This document shows positions 1-15,200 of a stretch of DNA of 64,000 nucleotides, in pieces (within the stretch, counting starts at the first letter, position 1; each line of letters starts with the position of its first letter). This DNA is from Bugula neritina (lineage: Eukaryota > Animalia > Bryozoa). The notes under the pieces were generated by a model that ran no database searches, was not told the DNA's origin, and saw only the letters and a program-made list of their open reading frames with translations. The position numbers and the translations under genes are program-made. The DNA lies in contig OZ037766.1 in NCBI GenBank assembly GCA_964035545.1, positions 14,870,722 through 14,934,721 of the forward strand. The letters run 5' to 3'.

Positions 1-226
1 GCATCATTTTCAGTTTAATTGCTACAGTTAGACGTTTATTTTGGCAATTGTGTAAAATAGTAGCAATATTACCTCACAGGTATTAAGATAATAACTCAAG
101 AAAACTCTACAATAGGTTTTTAAGACATCACAATTATAGCTAATAGCTGGTGTTGTATTAATATCTAGTACTTAAGGAAGGCAATGGTGGATATTGCTGA
201 TTTGTGGCCATTGTATGTATTTACAG

Positions 227-3200
227 GTGGAAGATAAACATCCTGGGTCTGTACTATCTCTCACAGAACATGGCATATTTATCAGCTTTTGTAACGGAAT
301 AGTTGGACTTTGTCCGGAGAGGGTTAGTTGCAAGCTGATGACTCATTTATTATATTTCTGCTGCCTACAGCGTTACTTACATCACAATAGTTATGTCAGC
401 AGCTTGAAATATTTGTGTGGGCTGAAAATTTAATCAAATGATTTATTCTCATCTTTCAGACCTTTGTCTACTATTAAATTTTCTAAACCACCTATAAACA
501 TGATGCAACAATTATTGGGAAATCTCAAAATTTATTGTCTAAAGATATTAAAAATTAGCAAAAAGTTCAGAAATTATTTGACTAGTTTTTATATATGCAG
601 CTTTACTAATTTTGTGCTGCTCTCTACTAGGTTGCTACAATTTTCGTAAATCTGCTTACTACATGTTACCTATCATGTTAGCATGTGGTGTGTTGCATTT
701 ACTAGCTCATCTCAACTGCTTATTGTAGCTGCTACCACAGAACTCCAAGAAGTACCTTTCTCCAGGCAGAAGCCTACTCTGTAAAATAGTCTCTATAGAT
801 ACAGTGAAAGAGAGAATGATTGTGGCGATTAAAGATGCCGAGTGTCCCCTTCCTCGCCACGACGCTGACTTACCATACAGAATGCTTGCCCAGAACCTCT
901 CCGATTTGTCCGCCTATCAGAAGTGGGTCTCTACGCACGCTGAAGAAGGTGAGGGGAGCCAGCCAATTTCAATGATATTTCTATTTTATTTAATCAATGC
1001 TTATGTTTTCTGTCATTTTATCGTAGTTGAAAGGCCGTCGTCTTGTAATAGCTTTAAATTAAAAGTTCTGGAAAACTTTGATGAAAGAGAATAGAGCAAT
1101 GGAGGTCTTTTGTCAGCAATCTTTCAATATCTTTTGCTTGTGATTACCTAGTCAGTCAAGTATCTGGTTTGAAGTGTCACAAGGAATGTGTCTTTGTTTT
1201 AGCTGCAACTGCATCTAAAGTCAGCGGTTATGCTGTTGGTGACATTGTAAAAGGATTAATTGTTGAGAAGAAAGAGGATATTATCAGATTAAAGCTTGAA
1301 AATGGTGTGACAGCTGAAGCGTTAGGAGATCTTACTTCTGGTAAGAAACAGGAACCTCTTTTAGATAATGAAATAATGGAACATGTGATTTTAAAATATG
1401 GATAAGATCTCTTTACCTTAACTTGATTTAACAACCATCTTTGCTGGTCGAAAGCTTTGTGTAGCTGAAATTTGCAGTATATTGCTTGCATTGTAAATGC
1501 TTTGTTTTGTGTTTTGAGAGTTGTGCGACCTTGAACAAGTATTGTAATATGTGATTCCCACTTCCACTGTGGTTGCAGGTTGTGCTGCCAGAGTTGGCGA
1601 GACAGCGCTGGCTATTGTGATGCACATAGACCTGGTGAGCAGCAAGCTCACTGTGTTGGTAGACAAGCATTACCTGACTGACAGGAAGAGTTGCAAGGCG
1701 CAGTCCATCAGCACCAAGGTGAGAGATTGTTTCTAGTAGCAGAGGACTGCGGGAGTTCCTATGCTGTGGAGAAGCTCAACAACTGTATAGTTGACAAGTC
1801 TAAAAAGCTGACTTTATATTCTTGCTTTTTGTTCTCAGTATATGCCTAATTATTTATGCATGGGAATACCAGTACACTGTTCTTTGTAGCAGGTATTCAT
1901 TGCCGGTATTTGATGGAAATATTGTGTCAGCTGCGTGGTGACCAGCAAGCCTGTGCTTGTGGGGTAGCTACAGTCACTAACTATGCCTTATTCTTAGTAT
2001 GAGTATTCCAGGAATGTTTAAAAACAATATTTCAGGTGAAAGTCCAGCAGCAGATAAAATCAGAGGTCATTTACACGCGACCTGAGTATAGTCTAGCCCT
2101 GCTGAAAGGTCACGCCAATGGACGTATAGCCTTTGTTCCCACTCTACAGGTGTGCTGCTATATTTGCTTATTTGAAGTGTATTTTGTCTGTCATATCATT
2201 AAAACTGTTGAGTATTGTCTCAGGGTTCCAGTACATAACCTGCCCTGGTGGAATAAGTAGAGATGATATTTCAACAGACCCACTAATATATATTTTGGTT
2301 TTGTGACATCTCATGCACTAGTGTTAATGTGTCGATCAACTCGGTCAATGACCTTCACAGATGTTGTAATTTGTGTAAATAAGAACTTTCCATCTATCAT
2401 CTGTATAGTGATATCATCCTTATATGTAGTCTGTTGGTTTATGGTAATTTTATATGCTGTGAAATGCTTAAATTGTTTTCTCAAGTTTTTTTTATTATAC
2501 GTCATGCATTAACCTCAACGCTTTTGGTACTGAAGGAACTAAATTGGTTACTTGGTTCATAACTTGTATGGTAACCTGCAATAGAACGCACTTGTGTTAT
2601 TCAACTTATTATAGCACTAATTGTTTGTCTGTTGGGCCTTCTTTGTAGCATCCCAATAGCGGGTACTCAACAGCCGGTATGTTTTATGGCCAAGAGAATA
2701 AAGTCGTCATAAAGCAATGGTGAGTTTATCTTTGCTCACATATGCTTGCAGCAACGTATGAGAATATATTACATGGTAATTTTCTTTTAATGGTTTTACT
2801 AAGATGTTTGTATATGTGGCAGTGATGAAGAAAACCATCTCATAATAGCAGCATTCCAGACTGAGAAGGAAAAACAGCAGACAAAAGCTGAAGAAATACA
2901 AAATGCCATGAATTTACCTGCAACTGGAAGTGTTGTTGATGCTGTGTACGTAACACACTATGTATTATTGTGTGCTACATATCATAAAGATGTGCATTGT
3001 AAATCTGTTATATATGTTATTTGTTTTTATTGCACTTGACAGCTACATTTACAAAACTCCATGAATTTATAGTCTCTCCTAGGGTGAACTCCCGGTGGAA
3101 AGGGTTTTTTTTTTAAAATGGGCTAAGGACTTTTTTAATGTAGCACAGGAGGAGTTGGGATTAGATTCTCTTCCTAACATACCACTGCTGATGTTGGGAC

Positions 3201-6200
3201 TAGAACGACTGACCTCACTAGGCCAGCACTCTAACCGCTACACCACTAAAATCCTCCCAATAACTACATTTCATAATGCAGATAAATTTTCCTAATATGT
3301 TTAAATTATATAAAACTATGATGTATTTTAACACTAGACCTTCGTAATTATGTGTAACTAACTTAATACTCTTTACATTTTGAAATACATTGCAGTATCA
3401 GTGGCAAGCAACCCCTACAACTTAACCTCAAGTTTAATGGCAGATCAGGTATTGGTAGGGTTTTTGTCAATGAGATAGATGATAACCCAGCTCATGGAAT
3501 CAGTCCTCTGGCTAGATTTAAAGAAGGTCAGAGTCTTCAGGTCAAGGTCATTGGTGCAAGCACAATCTGTACAAATAAAAAGTAAGTGAGGGCAGTTTTC
3601 TAACTCTAAGCTATTGCCACTTTTCAATTTTTAGGCTGCGTTATTGTTGAGTTTTTTAAACTTTCTTATAACATTGTAACTCTTATAAACATATCACTTT
3701 GTGTAGTGTGCCTTTCTAAGTCATTTGTTAATAGGTTCTCATATAGATACCTGTGTATAATATGCCATAAGCTATATATATTAGTACTTGGCATTGTATA
3801 CATATATTCAATATCAACTACTTTCTTAGATATCTTGTATCTAAGATGAAATGTTAATGGCTCAAATATTATGATCTAATAATTGTTCATTCAAGTTTGA
3901 AATTGCTGTGTAGGTGGAATCTTAAGTTTCCATTTAATTTAATAGGCGTGGGCTGACACATCTAGTGCTTGACTGACGTTAGGTTTTAACCAACTATTTT
4001 TGATTCTCTAGTATTCCATTGAATCTACAAAAAATGTTACATCAAATGCAACTCAATTATCAGAGTAACCAAAATTTTGCATTTCAATTAATATTTTTGT
4101 TGCCATTAATCTATCCCATCCAAAGCCGTGATATTCCCAAGCAGACATAATTGATTCTGGGTGTCAGAAATGTTGTTTGATGCCAATTTTTTGGTGTGAA
4201 TGTTGAATATATATGAGAGATTTGACAGAACTGCCTGTGTACTCTGGAATGTTGAATGGATATATTCTGAGAAGCTCACCTATTTAATTCTCAGAATTAT
4301 ACAAGTCTATACCACAGATATTTTGGGAGTGACTGGTGCTCTCTGTGTACTCAAATGAACCCCTGCGCCACTATCAATGCGAGACAAATTCTTTAAGTGC
4401 TCCTCACCTCTCTACTCTTACCTGCCATTCATGTGAGCCTTGTAACTAAGATGGAGTAATGGCTCAATGAGTACATATTTCATAATTTGTTAATCTGACT
4501 GCATGTGGATCAACTGCAATATAGTAGTATTTATTTACACCCATTTAATATTTACTTCCTGTCGGTATCTATGTTATAGACTGAGATCTATAAAGCACAA
4601 TGGTCACCAGGTGGTGCTAAACTGTAGCCTTAGACAGTGCAACACAGGTAACTGGAAGCCTTCTGTTGAAGAGTTAACTGTCGGCAAGAGTTACAATTGC
4701 TTTGTTACTGAGGTAAGTTGCTGAATTATTTTGTGTTTGAAGTTACTTTTGTAGTAAACCCTGTGGTTATGATAGGGTGGGGGGATGGTACAGCGGTAAG
4801 AAAGTCATTTTATAGACAAGTGTTAGTTTTCTATCCAAATAAAAATATCTATTTTTCACCTGAAGTTAATGAAGTTTTTCTTCGAGGTCTTTTGTAAATT
4901 AAAATGAAGTCTTTTAGTAAATTTTTTTCAGAAGGTTCATTAAAAAAATTTCCTATTGGCCAAATTTTTCATTTCCGCAAAATGGCCTAAACTAATATCA
5001 GGGCTTTCATGAGAATTTGGTCTTTGAAATATTCCCTGCGTGGTGAACTAGTCCCAAGACACAACTGCCATATATTCAGAGATCTGATAATTCAGCAAGT
5101 CCTAAGGATTAATGGTGTAGAAGAAGGAAGCTGACAGAGGCTTAGACCTCCGTTGACTCACCACATGTTTGCTTTATGCTAGAAAGACATCTGTTCTGTC
5201 ACTCGATTCCCCTTAAATATCCACATCTTTACACATTGCTATGTTATAGCATATTGGCTATATAGTACATGATAACATACATGCCGCTGCTTGCTAGGCA
5301 CTACTCATGAATATTGTTCCACTTAAATAGTTGGTTTTATGTGCAGAAATGAAATAACTTACTGTTTCAAATGGAAAGAAACAAAATAATGGTCCTTTGA
5401 GGTATTTACAAATAGTCAAATGTAGAGTAACGATGGTTCGTAATTCATATGCTGCTATTTCAACTTTGTATGAGATATTGAACTGCTCAGCAGTGTGAAA
5501 TATTATTTTAAAATGAAGTGAAAATAATATGCATATTTTAATGTTTCATTCAGGTGTGCTGAAAAGTTGGAAATTGTATCATACTTCAATAAAATAGTTG
5601 CTTGTAAATATAGTGGTAAACATCTTGTCCACCATGTGTTAAGAGAGCACACCACCTTGTAATTTACCTCTTCGGCTTATGTTGGTAGACTTTAGAACCC
5701 GCTGTACATGCTTGTAAAACTTGTACACTTCTTGTTTTTAGCAGGCATTTTACTGATTGTGGGTAATGCAATTATACTGTTAGGAATATGTAATATTTTG
5801 GTATAACCTTTGCCCTATTAAAACCTGCCTCATTGCTTGAAATGGTAAGGTGTTAATGCTCATAGGTCACAGGTCTCAAGGTAAATCATTGTTTGCTCAA
5901 GTACTAGAACCTGATATACTGGAGGATTACTTACAGTCCAGTTGACCTAATGCTACCCCCTTACAGTTAAAAATAAAGGGTTTTATCTGACTCACGTACA
6001 CTTGTTGTGGCACCATATCTATTTGTGTTATTTTGCTGAAAATTTATTTGGACACGTTCCAAATACGCATTTAATAACGGCCTTTTAACTAAAAATTGTA
6101 AACAACTAGTTATTTTCTCATCAGTAATTCAATTACTGAGATTAATAAAGATTAAGCTAAAGTGCTAAATAACTGGCTCTGTGCCAAAACTCAGCTTTCC

Positions 6201-9200
6201 TCATAATAGCCAGGGTTGGATAAAGTATGACAACTTGGGGCTAATGTCTCTACAGATGTAAAACCTCATACCAAATTCACTTAATTTAATCTCTTAGTTT
6301 TAGTTTACTCTGCAACTGGTTTAGGGCTACCTATGCAAGTTTTGATGCGTCCACTGCAGCAAAAAACTAAAATTTAAATTCTCTAGAACCCCTTTGCATG
6401 CAGATGCCATCTTTAAGTACACAAATTTTCCAAGTTTCATAGTATCTAGAGTTTCATTCATAACTACAAACAATAAAAGTTATGTTGATGTTTTTCTAGA
6501 AATTCGATCTCAATAAGCAAAAGTGGCAAAAATGCAACAAGCTTTATCCTTGTGAAACTATATAGCCTTTGGTTTAATCACTTAAATCAGATGAGAATTA
6601 AAGAGTGTGTGTAAAATCTGACCATCAATTAATGACACATTCTTGAATATTTACCACATTGTGTAGCCATTAAGGGGCCAGTTCTACTTTCCTCTCTAAG
6701 TACACTGTGTGTACCTCAAGTGCTTGTTTTTGAATGTGTAATCTGATGCTAACTTCTTTTAAAGAAGTTCTCAATGCATTTCATTCAATTTCTGAATTCA
6801 TGACTTTGCACATAGTTGTAGATTTAGCCAGATTTGTTTCCTTGTTCTCTGCCCAGCCTTTAATTATTAATTTTGTAGCTTCAAGTTTTGTTAACTTCCT
6901 CTTAGGCACAATACCCTCTGTAGAGCCCTTGCTCTAGGAATCGGTTTTTACAAGTTGATCCCCTCCCGTCCCCATGTATGCTGCCAGTTTTCCTGTATAA
7001 ACTTAGGATAAAGGTAGTAGAGGTTGCAGGGGATACATTCAATCCATAAATTGGAAGTTTCCTGAAACATAAAGCCTTACAATTCTATCAATACAGCGTG
7101 GACTATTCTAATATGAAATACTGAGTGAAATATTCAAATTTCAAAGTACATCATTTCCCTTAACTAAAATTCACATCAACTAGTGTATGTTCTCAAGGTT
7201 GAGATAATCAATCATTAACATCGCTAATGGTGTTTTTATATGATTTAATTTAATTTGATGTAGTAATTTTGTAGCTTGTAATTGATTTCTATTTGGGCCC
7301 TACAACATTTCACCAGTTTAATTAGGAACATGCAACTCATTAGTGTAGTTGAACAACTTATTGAACATCTTCAGTAAATTCTCATGCTAGCAATTAGCTC
7401 TGGTATGTTGGTGTAAACATTTTCATTGAATAGAAGGGTTTTGATAAGCTATCTCAGAATATAAAATATATCTATGTTGAACATTATTTTTTTGAAATGG
7501 CACTTTCCAGTTGATAATCTTTAAATTCCTTCTATTTTTGGAATAGCACTTTTATATTAGTTTTGTAGAAAAGACTGTCGCATCTTTTTAAATAGAAGTC
7601 TTGAGAAAATTGTTATGTACATAAATTGTATTCATGATTGTTCATTGAATATTTTCAGCATGAGTTTAGTAAGAAAGAGAAAAGGTTGCAAGTTCTCACT
7701 TCTGGTGGAAACGTGGCTTTTATTTCATGGTTTGATGTGAATGAGTCAGCAGTAGAGTCGGCAGCAGTTATTAAAGAGAAATATCCTGTTGGTGGATGCT
7801 TAAAGACAGAGTTGAAAGCTTTTGGCCGGGATGGTGTAGCTTACATGAAGATAGCACCTGCTGGTAAGTGGCTGACCTATATACTAAAGCACCACAGACA
7901 TCCTGCATCCAGTATGATATTGGGAAATAATCCTCATTTTTTGCATGAATGCAAGAGGATGACTAAATTTATTCACCGTTGTCATAATTTTATTGGCAAC
8001 AGAATGAACTGGAGTTATGCTCCATTGCTTCCAGGTTTTCTGACACCAGCACCCAGCGTGTACTCTATTCTACATTTTAGTCAGTCAATTGAAAAATTGT
8101 TTCCATTGCACATGGACAGTTCTATAATAAGATGAATTAAAAAATTCTTTGTTAATATTTTTTTCATATCAGTTTGGTTAGACAAGATTAATACTGAAGA
8201 TCACTTGTCATGTGAGAATATATTCATATTTTTATATAGACTTTATTTCACAAAATTTTGTAAGACATCACAAATTAACTCTGTGATATACTCAATAAGA
8301 TAGTGCATAACCTTCAAGCACATTTTCTATGTTGCATGCTATGATGTAATCCTAAATATAGCAGATATTTCACCATAGCCCCACTCCTCTCTAACTGATG
8401 GTATTTTAAGCTTCTCAGCTGTAACATTTCTATGCAAAAACAATAGGTTTTTTGTATTCTATATTTCTAAAATAAGTATAACAGAACAAGAAAAGGACAA
8501 ATTGAATCTGTACTATCATGTGCTGCTTTTTCACAAAACATGTTTTATCCTGTTTGAAAAATCTTTTTGGGAGAAATACAGATGTCTGTTTATGTGACCA
8601 ATATTCTATTATATGATTTTGTACACCAACCATGAACTGGTTACAGTATGTATCTGTGTTACAGATACTAGTACCTCTTCCAGCAGTGGGCCCACCTGCA
8701 CAGGGATGGTTGTGGAGTACCAGCCACTCTCTGGACTCATTCTCAACACACATTTCAGCCCCAAGTCCCGTGTTCCCCTGTCAGAAATGGCGGAACCAGG
8801 TGTTGACCTTGACCTTGGTCGGTTCAAAGAAGGTCAGGTAGTTAATTGTCGGTATGTGAAACGGTTACGACATGGCGGTGTTCTTCTCACCTTGAGAGAG
8901 GAAAGGTGAGGTTTCGGATACTCTAACACAGTGCAATACAACTAGTTCATTACATATGGTATGATATATACTGTGTCTTGTGTATTAAGGCTTTCTCAGC
9001 ATCTATATTTCTGTTGAAAACTTGAAATATTTTTAAAATCATAACTTGAAATTATTGCTAGTACTGGTGCCTAATTGACAGAAAAATCAATTTTCAGGTT
9101 TGAACAAAAACTTATGTGGAGTTCGTTATATTTTTTAATTTTATAGAATTTTGATTTAAGTGTTGCCAATGTCTTGCAGTGGGTTGCTGCCTCTAACAAA

Positions 9201-12200
9201 GGTGAAGAAGGGTATGGTCTTAGCTGCCGTTGTTTCCCAGATACTCCCTGTGAAAGTTCAGGTGATGGCTGCAGGTCATGTGATAGAGGTGGCGATGACC
9301 ACTCAGAAACTCAAAAACTTTGCCAGAAACTACCGCAATGGCAGTGCCTGCTGGGTCAAAGTTCTAAGGTAGAGTACATTCTAATCTGTATACTGTGCTT
9401 ACTACATGCAATGTAGTGTGTACTGTGCTTACTACATGCAATGTAGTGTGTACTGTGTTTACTACATGCAATGTAGTGTATACTGTTCTTACTACATAAT
9501 GTGTATTTACTAATATGCAGTGTTGAAATTTTTACGCAGGTTAACAGTATTCAATTTTTTTAAATTGAATTTTGTTGATTTTCTGTTACATCTACATAAT
9601 TTCTCCATCAGAACATGAATGTGAAAGTCGATTCTTTACAGTGAAAATAAAACTAAAAATAGTAACTTACCTGCTGGTTTAACTACCAGATATCAAAATA
9701 TGGCTCTATGTTTAGTTCACCTGTTATCTGTTTGGATAGCCTGAATCTGTTGCATTTTATACAGTGAGGGCATAAAATAGTTTTCCTCTTTTTGCATTTT
9801 GCTTCCAACACATAAGAATAATTCTGTAAGTAGCTGATATTCACTTCAGTTGCCATCAGCTTTCGAAATAACTACCCTGGAGTGATGTGAGAGATCTGTC
9901 ATACTGTAGTTGGCATCAGGCAGTCACAATTTGTGGCTTTTTGGATAAAGTGTGGAATTTACACGTCTAACAATTGTCATCCAAATGGCGGTGATGCGCC
10001 AAAACTAATGTTATCCAACTCGTGAACAATGCTGTAGCCGGGATGTCAAAATTCGTATCAGCAAACTGTCTTTCATTGTTAACATACCAGTCTCCTCTAC
10101 CACATACCATCGATCTGACAAATTTATTTTACTAACAAAAATGTGGTTTCTCTCTTTTTCTCTTCTATCAACAGTGAAATAGTCGATCAAAAAAATTCGT
10201 AAGACCAAATTTTTTATATATATACACGAGTATATTTGTCACCCTCTTAATCCATCGAACTCTCTTATACTGTAACTGGGATCATGATCACTCATTAGCA
10301 GTTATCTCACCTCCTTAACAGAATTTTTACTCATTGAAACTGGTGTAGTCAAATATAAAGTTTTAACTTATTCAAAAGATTTTTGTATTCAATCTGGTTA
10401 TTGGCTACGTAAAGCTTGGTGTTGAATTCAAAATTATTATTTTGCAATAGTATAAGTTTTGTTATTGTCGTAAGTTTTCTGTTTAACTTATTTGGTAAAT
10501 GGATACTGTCATTATGTTGTATTACTGATTATGTGTTGCAGTGTGAATGACAGAAGTATAAAAGCAGTTATATGTGACCCTTCAAAGGACAAGGTTAAAG
10601 CAACCAAAGTGGACCCACATACATCTGCTCCAGGTATTGGAATATCATTTCTTGCACTCTTATCCCTATGTATTCCTACTTCTTGCTAAGTTTAATTTGT
10701 TATTTTACCTTTTTTATTCTGTATAATAAACCAAATAATAATTTTATTTTCATCATCCTTATCCTCATAATAAGAGAGCTGTTGGCTTGCGCATGTATGT
10801 ATCTGTCAGAGTCTAAATCAGCTTTTTCTAAATTTTCTGTACACAATTATCTACATGGCAGTTCTAACTGATAATGGAACTCCATGCTAATGGTCAGTGT
10901 GTTTTCTCCCTCTCCAATAAATTAGCAATTAATCTTATTGTCATATAGGGAGAACTTATGTTTGTAGCTGTCTAGTATTAATTTATCGGATGCTTCCAGC
11001 TGATGAGTTGATTGGATGACACAAGTGCTTCATAAATATGTCTCTCCCATTTACAATCTCATCAGCACTGCTAATGGCTGCTATTGTTTCCTGGTCATTA
11101 AGTTACATAATTCACTTATTTAGGCATTTGTCACGCCATTAGCAGTTATTTGTCTGCCGTTGCATCATGGCTTCTTTCTTGTAATATAATTAGAATCTAC
11201 ATTTAGTTGTTTTAGCCAATGTTTAGAAATGTAATTAGCTGTGTCATGCTTTCCGCATATCTAAAATTCCTTCTCAACATACAGCCATTGAGTTGATCAG
11301 TATGGGTGTTCTTTTACACTGTAGATGACTGATAGAGAGGCTTGCACAAACTTCTAAGAACTGGTTTTTGACATTTTATTACACAATTGTGACTGAAATG
11401 AAATTTATGAGGTCAGCTGCAGCCATCATGATCATCCTACGTAGTGCGTGTGCATCATATGGCCATATTGTGTGCTCGCCTTATCACTGCCTACATTTAC
11501 TATGTGCCTATAATATGTGCACTTAAACAATTGATATGATCCTCACAGATTGTTGCATCAAGTATTTCTTACAGTTCTCATGAAAATGAAGGCGTTGGTT
11601 TATAAATTATATATTAATTGAAAAATATAATGAATTGAGTATTAAAACTCCTGTGAAAATATTGTTAGCACGGCCATCCATTCAGCTATAGTGTAAATCA
11701 ATGAATCATTGTTTGGTGGAAAAGCCTCAATGTATTGTAATTAATTCACTTCAAAAAGTTGTGATCGCCCCTGACAACATTATTGAGTAATTTTGGAGAT
11801 TGGGTACATTATGCTCATCAATTTATAGGTTTACTAGAATTTTCTATGATCAGACCATGTGGTCTTGTATATAACGGTTCCCCCTTATTCTTTTTGCCTC
11901 CTGGAAGCTGTATTGCTGTGTGTAGCAAATGTTTTCAGTTTATATACTATTCTGTTTTAGATAGTAGTGTTCAAAGTCAACCCCAACCACCAGAAACAAT
12001 TAGTAAGTCCACTAAAAGTGTGCACAATGCTACTTCTCCACAGAAGTCTAAGGATGAAGACGTAGCAGAACAAGTTGTTGATAAAGATACAGGAGTGCAT
12101 GTTCAAAGTCAACCCCAACTACCAGAAACAATTAGTAAGTCCACTAAAAGTGTGCACAATGCTACTTCTCCACAGAAGTCTAAGGATGAAGACGTAGCAG

Positions 12201-15200
12201 AACAAGTTGTTGATAAAGATACAGGAGTGCATATTCTGGTAAGATGGATTCCAACTTGCTAGCGTACCAAATCAGGCAACAAAAGTGCCTCATATTTCTT
12301 CCATACCTATTCTATTAACTTCAGGGCAATGTGTTTCATCACTGTTTAAGGGGATTTGTGCTGTCGAATTTTAACTATGACTTAACTTTTAATGCTATCC
12401 ATCGAATCTCTTTGTTCCTCAAGATAATCTTGATGGCAATGTTCTAAGAATAAATCAGCCAAGAATTGTAGCTAGGGTTTTAGAAATGATATATAAAAAA
12501 GATGTAAATATATAATATTTTACCCACATTAAATTTGTACATGTACATCCTGTGCAGTCCATGTGCACCTGCAAAAAGTAAGATACTATAAGATAAGATT
12601 GTGTTGTCCTCTAGTTCAAACCCGTCTCATCAACATCAGAAAGACCTACTCTGGATTTTGGAGCCAGTATTGCCTCTCTCCAGAGAGATGCAGCAGAACC
12701 TGGAGTCGGAGATGTTGATTCCAAGCTTATGCAACTGGAGAAGGCTGGTAAAAAACTAAAGCCATACCCTGAGGTAAGTCTTCTATTGTTTGATTTGGTG
12801 CTTTTCCTTTTTGCGAAAGTTGTATTAGCCATTGTGGAGACTGCCATAATTTTTTGTTAATTGAATATCAATATTCTATAGTATTTAATACCATGTCCGA
12901 CAATTGTGCTATCTATTTGTGCCATTAATTGCAGTTTATAGTCCTTTAAGCTGGGCGGTTCTAATGAATGTGAAAGAACTGCAGTTTTAGTACTGCAAAA
13001 ACTTCAAATATCCGGCATTTTAAACACTCAACTTTCACCATAAATTAGAATCAACTTTAATCTTCATTTGTTAGCACTAAGATTCTTTTGTAATTGTTTC
13101 CTTAATATTTCAGCCAACTGTAGACAAGGCTAGAAGTGTAGAGCTGGCAACGAGCCAAACATTGGTGAGTAAATTTAACAGCTAACAGACGTCACGCAAT
13201 TATATCTACACACTTTTGTGGGTATTTGTACCTATAAATACAACATCAATCTAGTGACTTTGAATTCCGGTAAAGTCCTTCTGTGTATACTAAAAGCACT
13301 AACTCCGGATGATCATTCAGTTTACTCACTACTCTTACTGCTCAATCAATTGAAATATTCCCTTTTATTCCCTAAACACATTTTGTCTAATGAGAAGTAT
13401 TTTTGAGCAATTTCTTTATATGTATTTTGTGAAACATCTTGTGCAATACTACCTACACCATGTCTAGTGTTTTTTTAAAAGCAATAATTTATTTATTGCA
13501 GATTCATATGTGCAAACATATTTCAGTGCAATCGAATGTTGAAATCAAAGTTTGAAATGCAGCCAAATCTTATGAATGCATTTCTTCACTTTTGCTCCTT
13601 TTGATAGTTTATGATAATTGATTTCAACTAGGCTAAAACTTTTGTGATTATTTGCAACTTTACCATTTCTTAGCTTATTTATACATGTTTTGGGTTCTTT
13701 GCAGTTTGGCAATTTCTACAGTGGCCATATTAGAAGTTCTGTGCTGTGCAATATACCGTACGCCAGACTCCCGTGGGAATCTTCTAATACTCGCCACCCA
13801 TGGGCATTGTGTTAATGGCAGGTTGACACAACTGCCCTAATTATCAGTATTTTACAGTACCTGCGGCTAAAATCGTAGGACTTGGTTGACCTTTATACCA
13901 TTTTCCATGCTTTTCATTAGAAACGTGTGTTTTAGGGCAGAGCAGGTCAGCCTGAAAGTGAAGCGGAGTTGCTAAGTGTATTAAAAAGTTCTCCAAGCAA
14001 TGGCAGCATTTGGTCTAAACTAATTATGGTAACATCCAGACACAAAGGTGTGGAAGCGGGGAGAGCAAGAGCTGAGCAAGCTCTGGAAACAGTTCCTTAC
14101 AGGTGTGCACGCAGCTTATGCTGATGAGTAATGTATATGGTGTTAAACTCTAAAGTCTAATCTCATGTATATCAGAGAATAGCAGGACTACTGCAGTGTC
14201 AAGCCACCACGGTTAGTGTGACAGTGACTGGCTATGCATGGCATTGCGTTATTCCTGCTCATCTGCACCATAAATCATCACTCTTCACCCATGCAAAGAT
14301 TTATTTGTCTCCGAAGGCTATTACAGTAATTATCCCTTCCTACAGTTTTTCTTTACACACACACCACACACACCACACACACACACCACACACACACACT
14401 ACACACCACACACACACCACACACACAACACACACCACACACACACACCACACACACACACACACACACACCACACACACACACACACACCACACACACT
14501 ACAGTAGTCAATTCTAAAGTATTTCAGCTAGTACATTGTTGGCATCCGAAATAATGTAGGGTTTAACCAGTTTCCAAGTAAGCAGCTTGCACCTCAGTGA
14601 CCCAACCATTCTTACAATAGCCAGTCAATTAGTCTAAAGACACTCTGGCTCTAGCTGTTTCAGGGTAGCTCTGCCATTACTAATCTTGTGGGTGGGCAGC
14701 CTGGGTAGTACTGGTGGAGCATACCTCGTATATTCAAATCTGGTAAAAAGGAAATTGTGTTGAGGTTGTATTAAAAGCAGATTTGTGCCCAGTAGTAAAT
14801 GGGTTTCACTGAGATGCTTAGTCTATGATCAAATCCTCAACTAAAATTGTAGCAATGCCTTCCAGTAGGCAGTAGCTATAAAAAGCATATTTCTTATTAT
14901 ATTTATCTGGGTTGTGCCACTTCTTTCAAGATGATGCAGAAATAGTCCCTTGTGATGTTGAAATGTCTAGTTAATTTAATTAACACAGTTTCTTATGGTG
15001 TATTTTATTAATACAAATTGGTACTGACTAGTAAATGCTTTCACTTCCTAATAATAGCCTATAGTTCATGGTTGTAAATATCCGCTATTTCAAGCATTTT
15101 TCAGATGTGCGGAATAATAGATTTGTGTTTATATGTGTAATATTGTATATCATAGCAGAATTTTCTGCCTAATGATCTGAACATCGAGGGCTAAACTTTT

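Noticed and set aside
9387-9497. CRISPR-like array
   Set aside because: Head-to-tail units without unique spacers, located in a eukaryotic intron.
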